A DNA stretch of 64,000 nt from an uncultured Chitinophagales bacterium (lineage in GTDB: Bacteria > Bacteroidota > Bacteroidia > Chitinophagales > S012-47), in NCBI GenBank assembly GCA_964471795.1, contig CAYYHM010000007.1:1221-65220 (forward strand). The letters are read 5' to 3'. Of the stretch, positions 33,250 through 42,763 are shown in pieces. The notes beneath the pieces are model-generated. The model had not been told where the DNA came from, did no database searches, and saw nothing but the letters and a program-made list of their open reading frames with translations. Position 1 is the first letter of the stretch. Each line of letters opens with the position of its first letter. A program made the translations under genes and the position numbers.

Positions 33250-34785
33250 GTGATTACAAGTAAGCATGGCCTTTTGGCCCTATTGACAGTAACGGTCGTA
33301 TTGTTGGGCTGTAAGAAACAACGCCCTACCGGTGAACGCTTGAACTTTGAGGATATGTTGGCACAATCCGTGGCAATCACCGTTAACCCCTCCGGTAATG
33401 CGCCGCTATCGGCACTCCTTACATGCAGAACAGAAGAACCCTCTTTGTTGGAAATCACCGTACAAGGTGATGCGCCGTTGCAGCGTACTACTACTGAATA
33501 CCGCTTTGAGCAGCAGGTGCCTGTCATTGGCCTGTATCAGGGTAAAAACCAAGTGACCGTAAAAGTGATTGACGACCTGGGCAATTACGGGGAGCAGTCG
33601 TTCGATGTGGTAACCGATTCGCTCCCATCGTTCGTTCCCGACACCCGTATCATCGCTTATGATGAAACGCTGGCAGAACCCGGCTGGAATTTCTGCGAGG
33701 TAAGCATCGGCGCTGGCGGAGCGTTCAAGAGCTACCCGATAGTAGTAGATCAGTATGGTGAAATTCGCTGGGCGATGAATGCCTTCAGTTATCCGGATCT
33801 GTTGTTTCCGTGGAAACGCCTGCCCAATGGTAACCTGTTAACAGGAATTCACGAACAACTGTACGAATTCGATTGGCTGGGCAATGAGGTGCGGTCTATC
33901 GCCATTCCGGGTTACCATGCCCACCATGAAATTACTCCTATGCCCAACGGGAATATTCTGGTGGCTGTAGATAAACTGGGCCTGAATACGGTAGAAGACC
34001 ATATCATCGAAATTACTTCCTCGGGAATGATTGTGCAGGAATGGGATCTCCGGCAGATCTTGGATGTAGACCGATATGATCTGGTATTGGATAGTGTGGA
34101 TTGGTTCCATATGAATGCCATTTTTTACAGTGAGACTGACGATTGCTTGATCGTGTCCGGTAAGAACCAGGGAATCGTCAAGATTACCCGAGATAACCAG
34201 CTGGTTTGGATATTGGCACCACACAAAGGTTGGGGAAAAGCCGGCATGGACGGAACGGGATATGAAACTTCCGATTACTTGCTTACGGCTGTTAATGGAT
34301 CCGGCATGGCCTATCCGCAGGATGTGCAGGATGGTGTGGTTACCAATCCCGATTTTGACTGGACATGGGGACAACACGCGCCCATGCTGCTGCCCAATGG
34401 CAATCTGTTTGTGTTTGATAATGGCGGAGGGCGCAAATTTGACAACAACACCTTTACCTACTCACGTGCTGTAGAATACAGGATTGATGAAGCGAACCAA
34501 ACAATAGAGGAAGTGTGGCAATACGGTAAGGAGCGGGGGCTGGAGCTTTTTGCGCTCATTATCAGTGACGTAGATGCGCTCGCTGGTAGCAATCGCCTGA
34601 TGACTTCCGGCATTATGTTTGATCCCAACCAACCGTATGCACGCGTGGTGGAGGTGAGCTATCCGGGGAAAACGGTAGTGAGCGAGTTGTCTATTGACTT
34701 CCATAATGAATTGGGCGCAGGCACGTTTGCCTGGGGCGAATTCGACATCTGCTATCGAGCCGAACGCATGGATCTGTCGAAGTAA
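33250..34785 (+). CDS. Arylsulfotransferase (ASST)-family beta-propeller lipoprotein
   Basis: Motifs PGYHAHHEI, DWFHMNAI and WGQHAPMLLPNGNLFVFDNG resemble PF05935-type proteins. I prefer GTG 33250, which gives the lipoprotein signal (M)ITSKHGLLALLTVTVVLLGCKK, over the track start 33151. Confidence 0.7.
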   Translation: MITSKHGLLALLTVTVVLLGCKKQRPTGERLNFEDMLAQSVAITVNPSGNAPLSALLTCRTEEPSLLEITVQGDAPLQRTTTEYRFEQQVPVIGLYQGKNQVTVKVIDDLGNYGEQSFDVVTDSLPSFVPDTRIIAYDETLAEPGWNFCEVSIGAGGAFKSYPIVVDQYGEIRWAMNAFSYPDLLFPWKRLPNGNLLTGIHEQLYEFDWLGNEVRSIAIPGYHAHHEITPMPNGNILVAVDKLGLNTVEDHIIEITSSGMIVQEWDLRQILDVDRYDLVLDSVDWFHMNAIFYSETDDCLIVSGKNQGIVKITRDNQLVWILAPHKGWGKAGMDGTGYETSDYLLTAVNGSGMAYPQDVQDGVVTNPDFDWTWGQHAPMLLPNGNLFVFDNGGGRKFDNNTFTYSRAVEYRIDEANQTIEEVWQYGKERGLELFALIISDVDALAGSNRLMTSGIMFDPNQPYARVVEVSYPGKTVVSELSIDFHNELGAGTFAWGEFDICYRAERMDLSK

Positions 34786-34801
34786 CGTTACCGACCTGCA
34801 T

Positions 34802-34831
34802 AAAAAAAGACGCTTTCGAGCGTCTTTTTTT
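34802..34831. terminator. Bidirectional-type terminator hairpin
   Basis: A7-AGACGC-TTTCGA-GCGTCT-T7. Confidence 0.75.
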
Positions 34832-34905
34832 ATGGCCATAACTTATCAGCTTATCCGGCACTGCTATTCTGTCCCAATACGCTATACGTCTACCAAGCAC
34901 TCCCA

Positions 34906-35003
34906 ATCACCATTCATTGAAAATCAGCCCATTCAGTTGGCACATTCGTTTTTCCCCCTTTTCTTAGCAGCATGCTCTTCCGGACATGCATCGCGGTATG
35001 CTG
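34906..35003 (+). promoter_or_regulatory. Conserved leader element, copy A (5' of, and overlapping, the annotated start of the 207-aa secreted-protein gene)
   Basis: atcaccattcattgaaaatcagcccattcagttggcacattcgTTTTTCCCCCTTTTcttagcagcatgctcttccggacatgcatcgcggtatgctgg. By eye about 90% identical to copy C (37923-38020), apart from the homopolymer block. Confidence 0.7.
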
Positions 35004-35609
35004 GAGATTGTTTTGTTTACTACCTCCAAAAAACCCTTCACTATTAAACACCTTGTCCCCGCTATCACTCTTTTGCTGGCTTCTTTCTTTTTCACCTCAG
35101 TAACAGCTCAGAACTGGTACAATCCCGGTGAAACCTATGTGTTCCAATCGCTTAGTGGCCATGATTATGGCCAGGCAGTGCAGGTACAGATAGTGTTTGA
35201 TAGTGCCGGGGTAGCTACAGTTTCCCAATCCTACCATACTGGCTCCGGTACTGATCAAATCCGCGGCTATTTCCGTGGCCGGCAGGGAGACTGGTCGTTC
35301 AGTGATAACACCTTGTCCATTCCCGGTAATGCGCCTTCCTATTTCCTGCTAACCCTGGACGATTTGCGAGTGTATGCCATCAATGGTGGTGCCATTTCAC
35401 TCCACTGTGCTTGCAAGGCCGGCACCGATGAAGAGGCTACCTGCGAAGTCTCCCTTGTGGTAGCTGAGGGTGGGCACCATCTTAGTCTGGCCTGTAGGTC
35501 TGCCTTAGGGTGCAGTAGCTGTATCAAGCCGGTTGTTTCATCCACAGGCTTGGGCGATTTCTCACAAGGATTCCTGATAATGCAGGCCACTTCGGTGGTA
35601 ATTGAGTGA
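34986..35609 (+). CDS. Secreted protein, unknown function
   Basis: 207-aa ORF with signal-like segment LVPAITLLLASFFFTSVTAQ. The start codon is uncertain because the first ~6 codons lie inside the conserved leader. Cys-rich C-terminal half. Confidence 0.55.
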   Translation: MHRGMLEIVLFTTSKKPFTIKHLVPAITLLLASFFFTSVTAQNWYNPGETYVFQSLSGHDYGQAVQVQIVFDSAGVATVSQSYHTGSGTDQIRGYFRGRQGDWSFSDNTLSIPGNAPSYFLLTLDDLRVYAINGGAISLHCACKAGTDEEATCEVSLVVAEGGHHLSLACRSALGCSSCIKPVVSSTGLGDFSQGFLIMQATSVVIE

Positions 35610-35650
35610 GTTTCTATAGCGGTTGAGCGGGGCGATTTTCGTACCTTGTA

Positions 35651-36172
35651 GTGATGCGTCCGCTTCTGTTTCTTTTTTCCATAGGATGGCTGTTGGGTTG
35701 TAAATCATACCCGCCATTGCCCACTGTGGCATCGGTAGATTTAGAACAATATGCAGGTACCTGGTATGAGATAGCCAGCTTCCCTAGTCGTTTCCAGCGG
35801 GGGTGCCATTGTACCACAGCTACGTACACCTTGCATCCCAAAGGTTATGTGGTGGTAGAGAATCGCTGCAACCGCGATAGCACCACCGGCAAGGAGAGCT
35901 ACATCAAGGGCAAGGCGTTTGTGGTAAAGGGCAGTGGCAATGCCCGTCTCAAGGTGCAGTTCTTTTGGCCCTTCCGGGGCGACTACTACATCATCCATCT
36001 CGCCAGCGATTATCGCTATACCCTGGTAGGCTCACCCAGCCGCAATTACCTGTGGTTACTGAGTCGTACCCCGCAGCTGCCGGCATCCGACATCGACACA
36101 TTGCTACAAGCCGCCAAGGATGTAGGTTTCGATACCAGCCGATTGGTTTTTACGGTGCAGGAGGGGTGTTGA
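35651..36172 (+). CDS. blc: Bacterial lipocalin (Blc-like outer-membrane lipoprotein)
   Basis: 173 aa. Lipobox SIGWLLGC. Lipocalin signature YAGTWYEIASFPSRFQRGC. Confidence 0.85.
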   Translation: MMRPLLFLFSIGWLLGCKSYPPLPTVASVDLEQYAGTWYEIASFPSRFQRGCHCTTATYTLHPKGYVVVENRCNRDSTTGKESYIKGKAFVVKGSGNARLKVQFFWPFRGDYYIIHLASDYRYTLVGSPSRNYLWLLSRTPQLPASDIDTLLQAAKDVGFDTSRLVFTVQEGC

Positions 36173-36255
36173 GTGGTGAAATTGATCTTCTTCCTTGTAA
36201 TAAAAACGCCCCTTACGATAGGTAAGAGGCGCCTTGCATTTTTGGAGGTGGCGGA

Positions 36256-36345
36256 TCACAACTTCCCCACCATCTTTTCCGGCTACACTTAGCGGTCAAA
36301 TTCTTCTTCAGTCAGTAGCTCCAGTGCCAGGGTTGCTTCCTTTAA
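36256..36345 (-). pseudogene. Relic of a fumC 3' end (about the last 28-30 codons, with two internal stops)
   Basis: My minus-strand translation is ..[27 protein letters not shown], against the intact fumC C-terminus ..[29 protein letters not shown]. 36259-36283 is identical to 39331-39355 (25 nt) and the rest is diverged. A hairpin/T-run at about 36205-36245 precedes it, as at the intact gene. Confidence 0.8.
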
Positions 36346-36481
36346 AATTGATGGTACAAGTACTTATGTGAAGTGACAGTAATGGGTAAGGGATTGCCAT
36401 ACTAATGTTAAGAAAGTATTTAATCGACATTTGCGACTAAATAAATAGTGAAAAATATCCACATACTCTTGACAAAGTCAA

Positions 36482-36574
36482 TTTTTTTTTTTCACTTTAG
36501 TACCATGCTCTTCCGGAAATGCATCGCGGTATGCCGAAAAGCGAATAGAGTAGGCTCACTTAAACACCACAATC
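36482..36574 (+). promoter_or_regulatory. Conserved leader element, copy B (runs up to the ATG of the 171-aa lipoprotein gene)
   Basis: T11-cactttagtacCATGCTCTTCCGGAAATGCATCGCGGTATGCCGAAAAGCGAATAGAGTAGGCTCACTTAAACACCACAATC-ATG. Nearly identical to copy C over the last ~70 nt. Similarity stops at the start codon. Confidence 0.7.
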
Positions 36575-37090
36575 ATGAAAGTATCAATTATTTTGATTGC
36601 CCTTTTAGTTGGATTAACAGTGGGATGTAAAAAGGAAGATATTGGAGCTTCCACAAATAACCAGTCTCAATCCAACAAATTCAATGCACCTGTTTATGAG
36701 AAGATCAAATTCTGCGTAAAGCATAGTGGCAATTCTCAATGTTACGTTACGCCATGTTCGCCATGTGATTGTCCTTTAGGTATATGTTTAATTAGGACAA
36801 GGCGGTATGGATCAGGCTTAAGTGTAGATGAAATTCAGGATGGGTATGGAACAGGTAATGCCTATTTTGATACTACCTATAACGAGGTAATGATAGTTTT
36901 TGACCAGGCTACTGCATTACCGGATTCGACAATTCCTGTTACTACTAATAATCGGGTATGGGATCAAAACAATGATATTGTTCAAAATTTCGGTTATGAT
37001 TCAATAGTGTTTGATGTTGGCTCTTATCCAGTGAACTTTGACAGCTTACCATACGGTTTTGTGATTCTGCCATATGTGGCTTATAAGTGA
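36575..37090 (+). CDS. Small Cys-rich lipoprotein, unknown function
   Basis: 171 aa. Lipobox LVGLTVGCKKE. Cys cluster CYVTPCSPCDCPLGIC. Low GC (a sampled line is about 37%). Confidence 0.6.
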   Translation: MKVSIILIALLVGLTVGCKKEDIGASTNNQSQSNKFNAPVYEKIKFCVKHSGNSQCYVTPCSPCDCPLGICLIRTRRYGSGLSVDEIQDGYGTGNAYFDTTYNEVMIVFDQATALPDSTIPVTTNNRVWDQNNDIVQNFGYDSIVFDVGSYPVNFDSLPYGFVILPYVAYK

Positions 37091-37122
37091 GTTATCGGAT
37101 TTCCTTACACTTTAAAATTTCT

Positions 37123-37155
37123 CATCCATAGAAGCTATGATAGCTTCTATGGATG
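37123..37155. terminator. Perfect 15-bp-stem hairpin (terminator-like, no T-run)
   Basis: CATCCATAGAAGCTA-tga-TAGCTTCTATGGATG. Confidence 0.5.
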
Positions 37156-37165
37156 GGCTTTCGAT

Positions 37166-37819
37166 ATGATGTCAAGACTGTTAATCGTTCTCGTACTTCT
37201 CAATGTTGCCTCGTGTAGGCCCATTCAACAATGGGTATTTGGTTTTAGGATCATTACCGAATTTGAGCCTGAGAAAAGCGTCACCTTCATGCAGAAAATG
37301 GGGATTGACCAGCCGCTTATCTATGTAGATGCCGATTTATACAATCAATACCAAAAGGAGCAGCAGTACAATTGGTTGGCTATGGATAGGTCAATGCAGC
37401 CGATGCAGATGCGTATGTACAATCAGCAAGGTGACTTAGTAGGCTACACGGTAAATTGTGTTACCGGCATGGATCAAAACAGGAAGCTTGATTGGTTCAA
37501 GGACTACCATAGCGAATGTGTGTTGGACAGTTTTGGACAGGAAGCTTATGTAGGGTTCACGCCACCGCCTACCCTTCAGGAAGAAGTGAGATACTGGGTG
37601 GCTGAGGAGCCAATTGTCATTGATTCCTCCAAGCAGCATGTAGTTGTCTATTATTCCAGGGTAGTCATGAAACAGAATATACACTTGGTAGAGGAGGTGA
37701 AACGTAGGTTTGGGCATTGTGAGGACGTGAACATTATCTACGTATCCCTTGAAGAGGTGATAGCTAAGTGGTTTTCTGATACGTTGGAGTATTATCCCCC
37801 AGTGGAGGATGACAAGTAA
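37166..37819 (+). CDS. Lipoprotein, unknown function
   Basis: 217 aa. Lipobox VLLNVASCRP. No catalytic motif recognised. Confidence 0.55.
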   Translation: MMSRLLIVLVLLNVASCRPIQQWVFGFRIITEFEPEKSVTFMQKMGIDQPLIYVDADLYNQYQKEQQYNWLAMDRSMQPMQMRMYNQQGDLVGYTVNCVTGMDQNRKLDWFKDYHSECVLDSFGQEAYVGFTPPPTLQEEVRYWVAEEPIVIDSSKQHVVVYYSRVVMKQNIHLVEEVKRRFGHCEDVNIIYVSLEEVIAKWFSDTLEYYPPVEDDK

Positions 37820-37922
37820 TGAGAAGAACAGCTTATGCCTAATGAATGTGTAAGCGAGGGATAGGTACAACGTACGCTGGGGCCTGCTTCCTCATTGCAT
37901 AGTCACACATCGCTGTACTTAC

Positions 37923-38054
37923 ATCACCACTCATTGAAAATCAACCAATTCATTTGGCACATTCGTTTTTTTTTCTTAGCGACATGCTCTTCCGGAAAAT
38001 GCATCGCGGTATGCCGAAAAGCGCATAGAGTAGGCTCACTTAAACACCACAATT
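37923..38054 (+). promoter_or_regulatory. Conserved leader element, copy C (full length, runs up to the ATG of the 146-aa lipoprotein gene)
   Basis: atcaccactcattgaaaatcaaccaattcatttggcacattcg-T9-cttagcgaCATGCTCTTCCGGAAAATGCATCGCGGTATGCCGAAAAGCGCATAGAGTAGGCTCACTTAAACACCACAATT-ATG. The upstream half matches copy A and the downstream half matches copy B. Confidence 0.7.
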
Positions 38055-38495
38055 ATGAGAAATTTACCATTCTTGCTACTCATTTTTTTAGCGATTATCG
38101 CATTTGGATGCAATAAGGCAACCACTGAATTAGATTCAGAATCAACCATAATCAGTGGAAAGAAAAAAGCAGTTGATATCACTATTACATCCAACGAAGG
38201 TTGCCTGATCCGGATTCAAGGAGATGTTGAGTTTACTATATTGCCACCAGAAATTACAGGATTTACGGGTACAATTACATTCTTAGGGGGTGGGGCGAAT
38301 TGTCCAACAGGAGTGCTTACGTTTGGTATGATTTCTAGTGGTCAAGATCTGACCATAAGCTTGGATAATTCCAATCCATGTTTAGCCACAGTAATTACAT
38401 GGTCGGGTTCATTCAGTCAAGAGATTCAAATCCTTCAGCAACTCAATATTCAGAATACCTTGCTGGCTGAGTTTGAGGCAATAACTGATTGCTAG
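38055..38495 (+). CDS. Small lipoprotein, unknown function
   Basis: 146 aa. Lipobox LAIIAFGCNKA. Confidence 0.6.
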   Translation: MRNLPFLLLIFLAIIAFGCNKATTELDSESTIISGKKKAVDITITSNEGCLIRIQGDVEFTILPPEITGFTGTITFLGGGANCPTGVLTFGMISSGQDLTISLDNSNPCLATVITWSGSFSQEIQILQQLNIQNTLLAEFEAITDC

Positions 38496-38508
38496 AAATC
38501 AACCGCAT

Positions 38509-39204
38509 ATGCTACACAGGATTATCATTTTCTTGTTTGTGACCAGCTGGGCGATTCTACCCGGCTGGTCGCAAATCTATTCTGCCACCTATCGATACAC
38601 GTTCAACACATTGGAAGAATTGATAGAACAGGTGAAAGAACCACAACAAGCAGCCACGTTTGTACTCCCTCTAAAGCTGGTTGTGGACTACACGGTGATT
38701 ACTGATGGAAGCAAGTACCTCGTCTCAGGCAAGCAAATATCTGCCGAAGGTTTGGGACTCGGATTCCATCAGCAAGGCCCCATTCGTGCTTTTGCCGATA
38801 TTTCTTCGGGTAAGGTAGTGTTGCAAGCAGATGATGGTCATTTTGGTGCCCCATCGTGGCTGTATAGCTATATGGTGGGGAAGCAACTTCCATCTGACCC
38901 AAATCACATCACCTACCAACTAGCAGCACCCGATAGTGGGTATACCGTTACTTTTTGTGATACCATTCCTCCAGCCATTCATCCGGTTACGCCTATTAGA
39001 GGCGCCACGGGAGGAGTTACGGCTATCCGGTCACAATTAGTGGAATGGGATCTGATGGGTTGGCAGAGGATACAGCGATTTCCTGCTCCCTGGCCAGACT
39101 TCCCAATGGGCAAGCCTGCTACTGACCAATTTTTCAAAATGCTTCCAGACGAAGCCACCATGTGGCAAAAAGTGAAAGCCGACTGGCAAAATGGTCAGCG
39201 GTAG
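38509..39204 (+). CDS. Secreted protein, unknown function (weak resemblance to the GLPGLI family)
   Basis: 231 aa. Signal peptide MLHRIIIFLFVTSWAILPGWSQ. The segment TFCDTIPPAIHPVTPIRGATGGVTAI is only loosely like the AWF..IP...GP..F.GLPGLI region. Confidence 0.5.
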   Translation: MLHRIIIFLFVTSWAILPGWSQIYSATYRYTFNTLEELIEQVKEPQQAATFVLPLKLVVDYTVITDGSKYLVSGKQISAEGLGLGFHQQGPIRAFADISSGKVVLQADDGHFGAPSWLYSYMVGKQLPSDPNHITYQLAAPDSGYTVTFCDTIPPAIHPVTPIRGATGGVTAIRSQLVEWDLMGWQRIQRFPAPWPDFPMGKPATDQFFKMLPDEATMWQKVKADWQNGQR

Positions 39205-39281
39205 GCAGTTGTGAGAGTGATCACTTTGGCTATCCTCATGTGGTCGTCAATACGATAAGTGATTATGCTGTCACCAAAAGC

Positions 39282-39318
39282 AAAAGGCCCTTCACCAGGG
39301 CCTTTTGCGCATTTTTTA
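39282..39318. terminator. Bidirectional terminator between the island and fumC
   Basis: AAAAGGCCCT-TCACC-AGGGCCTTTT followed by GCGCATTTTTTA. Confidence 0.75.
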
Positions 39319-39328
39319 TGGCTGTAGT

Positions 39329-40726
39329 TTACAACTTCCCCACCATCTTTTCCGGTATTACTATCCGGTCGAATTCTTCCTCCGTCAACAGGCCCAATTG
39401 CAGGGCGGCTGCTTTCAGGGACGTGCCTTCGGCATGGGCTGTCTTGGCTATCTTGGCCGCATTGTCGTACCCAATGTGGGTGTTCAGGGCCGTTACCAGC
39501 ATCAGTGAATTGTTGAGGTGTTCCTTGATGCGCGCATAGTTGGGCTGTATGCCAATAGCGCAGTGGTCGTTGAACGACACACAAGCATCCCCAATTAAGC
39601 GGGCACTGTGCAGGAAGTTGTAGATCATCATCGGCTTGAACACGTTCAGCTCAAAGTGGCCGGTGGCGCCACCCACGTTGATGGCTACATCGTTGCCCAG
39701 CACTTGCGCACACACCATGGTCAAGGCTTCTGATTGGGTAGGGTTCACCTTACCCGGCATGATGGAGCTGCCCGGCTCATTCTCAGGGATGATGATTTCA
39801 CCAATGCCACTGCGAGGGCCGCTGCTTAGCATGCGGATGTCGTTACCGATCTTCATCAGGCTCACGGCCAGCGTCTTTAAGGCACCATGTGCTTCCACAA
39901 TGGCGTCATGTGCTGCCAGGGCCTCGTACTTGTTGGCCGCACTGCGGAAGGGAAGTCCTGTCAGGTCGGCAATATGAGCCGCCACCTTGTCGGCATAGCC
40001 TTCCGGTGTGTTGATGCCTGTGCCTACGGCCGTGCCACCCAGTGCCAGTTCGCTCAGGTGATCCAGCGTGTTGCGCAGGGCTTTCATGCCGTGGTCCAGC
40101 TGCGCCACATAGCCGCTGAACTCCTGCCCCAGGGTAAGCGGAGTAGCATCCATGAAGTGGGTACGGCCAATCTTCACCACCTTCCAAAATTCTTGGCTCT
40201 TGGCTGCCAGCGTATCGCGCAGCAGCTGCACACCCGGCAGGGTGGTCTCCACCACCATTTTGTAGGCGGCTATGTGCATGGCAGTAGGGAAAGTATCATT
40301 GCTGCTCTGGCTCTTGTTCACATCATCGTTGGGGTGGAGGGTCTTGCCGCCATCACCCAGGGTGCCGCCATTGAGTACGTGGGCGCGGTTGGCAATCACT
40401 TCATTCACGTTCATGTTGCTCTGCGTGCCGGAGCCGGTTTGCCACACCACCAGCGGAAACTGGTCATTCCACTGACCTGCCAATATTTCGTCACACACCT
40501 TACCAATCAGCGTGGCTTTTTCTGCCGGCAACACACCACAGTCGCGGTTGGCCAGGGCGGCAGCTTTCTTCAGATAGGCAAATGCCTCCACGATTTCCTG
40601 TGGCATACGCTGACGTTCGCCACCAATCTTGAAATTCTCCAGGCTGCGCTGTGTCTGTGCGGCCCAATACTTGTCGGCAGGTACCTGCACCTGCCCCATG
40701 GTGTCTTTTTCTATTCTGTAGCTCAT
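39329..40726 (-). CDS. fumC: Class II fumarate hydratase
   Basis: Signature [16 protein letters not shown]. The N-terminus [28 protein letters not shown] is typical. The start is set at ATG 40726; the track's 40852 start adds 42 non-homologous residues that overlap the neighbouring gene. Confidence 0.95.
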   Translation of the reverse strand: MSYRIEKDTMGQVQVPADKYWAAQTQRSLENFKIGGERQRMPQEIVEAFAYLKKAAALANRDCGVLPAEKATLIGKVCDEILAGQWNDQFPLVVWQTGSGTQSNMNVNEVIANRAHVLNGGTLGDGGKTLHPNDDVNKSQSSNDTFPTAMHIAAYKMVVETTLPGVQLLRDTLAAKSQEFWKVVKIGRTHFMDATPLTLGQEFSGYVAQLDHGMKALRNTLDHLSELALGGTAVGTGINTPEGYADKVAAHIADLTGLPFRSAANKYEALAAHDAIVEAHGALKTLAVSLMKIGNDIRMLSSGPRSGIGEIIIPENEPGSSIMPGKVNPTQSEALTMVCAQVLGNDVAINVGGATGHFELNVFKPMMIYNFLHSARLIGDACVSFNDHCAIGIQPNYARIKEHLNNSLMLVTALNTHIGYDNAAKIAKTAHAEGTSLKAAALQLGLLTEEEFDRIVIPEKMVGKL

Positions 40727-40739
40727 GATATGCGGTTGG

Positions 40740-41519
40740 TTATTTTCCGGTGAATTGTGCTTTTCGTTTCTCCAAAAAGGCGGTAGTGCCCTCGCGGAAG
40801 TCAGCCGTATCGAAGCTTTTACCGAAGAGGGTGATCTCGCGCTGCATGCCATCCTCTTCTTTGTCGAAGTAGGCGTTCACGCAGTCGATGATCTTAGCCA
40901 GCGCCAAGGGACCCTTGCCCAGCATGGTGTGCAGCATCTTCTCGGCTGCGGGCAGCAGATCGGCTGCGGGTACCACCGCGTTGGCCAACCCAATGCGATG
41001 GGCTTCCTCAGCAGTTACCATGTTGCCGGTGAGGAGCAGTTCCAGCGCCTTGCCTTTGCCGGCCAGTTGCACCAGTCGCTGTGTGCCGCCATAGCCAGGT
41101 ATCAGACCCAGGTTCACCTCCGGCTGTCCAAAGCGGGCGTTATCGCTAGCAATGCGGATGTGGCATGCCATGGCCAGTTCGCAGCCTCCACCCAGGGCAA
41201 AGCCGTTCACAGCGGCAATTACCGGTTTGGGGCAGGCCTCTATCTTGTTGAAGATGTGGTGACCATCCTGCGCCATGGCAGCTCCCTGTTCTCCATCAAA
41301 ATCGGCAAACTCGGCAATGTCGGCACCGGCCGCAAAAGCCTTGTCACCGGCACCGGTGAGGATTACCCCGCGGATGTCGCTGTTGCCATACACCTCATCC
41401 ATCACCTGGTCCAGCTCGCTGAGTAGCATCAGGTTCAGGGCGTTCATTTTGTCGGGCCGGTTGAGGGTGATGTACAGGATGTGGTTGTCGAGTCGCGTCA
41501 GCAGGGTTTGATAGCTCAT
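40740..41519 (-). CDS. Enoyl-CoA hydratase/isomerase (crotonase) family protein
   Basis: Only the last 259 aa of the 671-aa track ORF are crotonase-like: [29 protein letters not shown]...[13 protein letters not shown]...[21 protein letters not shown]. The start is at ATG 41519. Confidence 0.9.
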   Translation of the reverse strand: MSYQTLLTRLDNHILYITLNRPDKMNALNLMLLSELDQVMDEVYGNSDIRGVILTGAGDKAFAAGADIAEFADFDGEQGAAMAQDGHHIFNKIEACPKPVIAAVNGFALGGGCELAMACHIRIASDNARFGQPEVNLGLIPGYGGTQRLVQLAGKGKALELLLTGNMVTAEEAHRIGLANAVVPAADLLPAAEKMLHTMLGKGPLALAKIIDCVNAYFDKEEDGMQREITLFGKSFDTADFREGTTAFLEKRKAQFTGK

Positions 41520-41612
41520 GGCGTGATATTTATGGGCGATAGGATGACGTTTATCATGTGAAAGGCTACGATGGGTTGTGTATTTTAGCGCAAACCAACC
41601 ATCCCCGCAACC

Positions 41613-42746
41613 ATGAGCGAAAATACCAATAAAGAGCCTTTGTTTGCCGAATTTCCCGCTGTTTCCAAAGCGCAATGGCTGGAATTGATACAGAAAGACC
41701 TGAAGGGAGCCGACTTCCACGACACGCTGGTGTGGGACACGCCCGAGGGCTTTGCCGTGCAGCCGGTGTATACGGCAGAAGACGTGCACGAGACCGTCCA
41801 ATTTTCCTTTGCCACCAACGAGTGGGCCATGCGGCAAAACTACCTCGTGTTTTCCGTGGAGGAAGCCCGGCAGAAGCTGGAAGCGCTGGTGAAACAGGAT
41901 TTTACCCAGGCCGGACTGGTGCTGGATAATCCACAGTTGATTCACCACCTGGGTGAATTGGCCTTCCTCGGTGCCGAAATGGGGGTGTCGCTGTTTTTGA
42001 GCGCGCCCAGCCACCGCAACGAGCTGGCAATGGCATTCGCCCAATGGATCCGCAACAATCCCGATGGCTCGGAGCATATAGCCGGCATCGAGACTGACTG
42101 GGCGCACCTGCACACCGATGCCAAGCTGGCACTGGCGGAGTTGGTGCCCAAATATGGTGGTACGCTGTTCTATATCGATGGACACCTGATCCACCAGGAG
42201 GCCGGCAACAACACTGAAGAGCTGAGCCGATTGCTCATGCGGTTCGATGAGATGATGGAGGAGGTGAGTGGCAGTGGCGTGTCTGTAGCCGATATGCTGC
42301 CCCGCATGAAGGTGACGCTGGCTGTGGGGCCTGATTATTTCATGGAAATGGCCAAGATACGGGCTGCCCGCCTGCTGCTGGCCAACATCCTGCACATCTA
42401 CGATCCCCAATTGCGGCATCCCGATCAGCTGCACATCCATGCGGTGAACTCGTTCCGCTACCACGATGCAGAAGACCCGGACCGCAACCTGCTGCAAAGT
42501 ACCACCGAAGCCATGTCGGCCATATCGGCAGGGGTGCAGAGCCTCAGCCTGGATACGCAGGACCACACGCCCGAGCGTGACGTAGCCTTCTACGAGCGCA
42601 TCACCCGCAACATACAATTGCTGCTGAAGCATGAATCGCACCTCGGCAAGGTACACGACCCGGCAGGTGGCGCCTACTACGTGGAAACCCTCACCCACCA
42701 ACTCGCCCAACAGGCCTGGAACGCATTCCGCACCATGGCCTCCTGA
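41613..42746 (+). CDS. Methylmalonyl-CoA mutase small (beta) subunit-like protein
   Basis: 377 aa. The N-terminus [48 protein letters not shown] is typical of MutA-type subunits. Lies directly upstream of the large-subunit gene. Confidence 0.8.
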   Translation: MSENTNKEPLFAEFPAVSKAQWLELIQKDLKGADFHDTLVWDTPEGFAVQPVYTAEDVHETVQFSFATNEWAMRQNYLVFSVEEARQKLEALVKQDFTQAGLVLDNPQLIHHLGELAFLGAEMGVSLFLSAPSHRNELAMAFAQWIRNNPDGSEHIAGIETDWAHLHTDAKLALAELVPKYGGTLFYIDGHLIHQEAGNNTEELSRLLMRFDEMMEEVSGSGVSVADMLPRMKVTLAVGPDYFMEMAKIRAARLLLANILHIYDPQLRHPDQLHIHAVNSFRYHDAEDPDRNLLQSTTEAMSAISAGVQSLSLDTQDHTPERDVAFYERITRNIQLLLKHESHLGKVHDPAGGAYYVETLTHQLAQQAWNAFRTMAS

Positions 42747-42763
42747 CCCAAACACCCATTACC

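Noticed and set aside
37951-37975. TTGGCAC in the conserved leader (also at about 34937) as a sigma-54 -24 element
   Set aside because: The -12 position reads TTTT(T) rather than TTGC, so the essential GC dinucleotide is missing at the correct spacing in all copies.
39887-40753. A 288-aa + strand ORF overlapping fumC
   Set aside because: It is antisense to fumC, whose [16 protein letters not shown] signature is unambiguous.
40740-42755. A 671-aa minus-strand ORF that looks like one very large gene
   Set aside because: Only its last 259 aa (from ATG 41519) are crotonase-like. The upstream 412 aa are low-complexity, His/Gly/Val-rich and exactly antisense to the well-supported + strand mutase small-subunit gene (41613-42746). 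This is an open antisense frame typical of GC-rich coding DNA.
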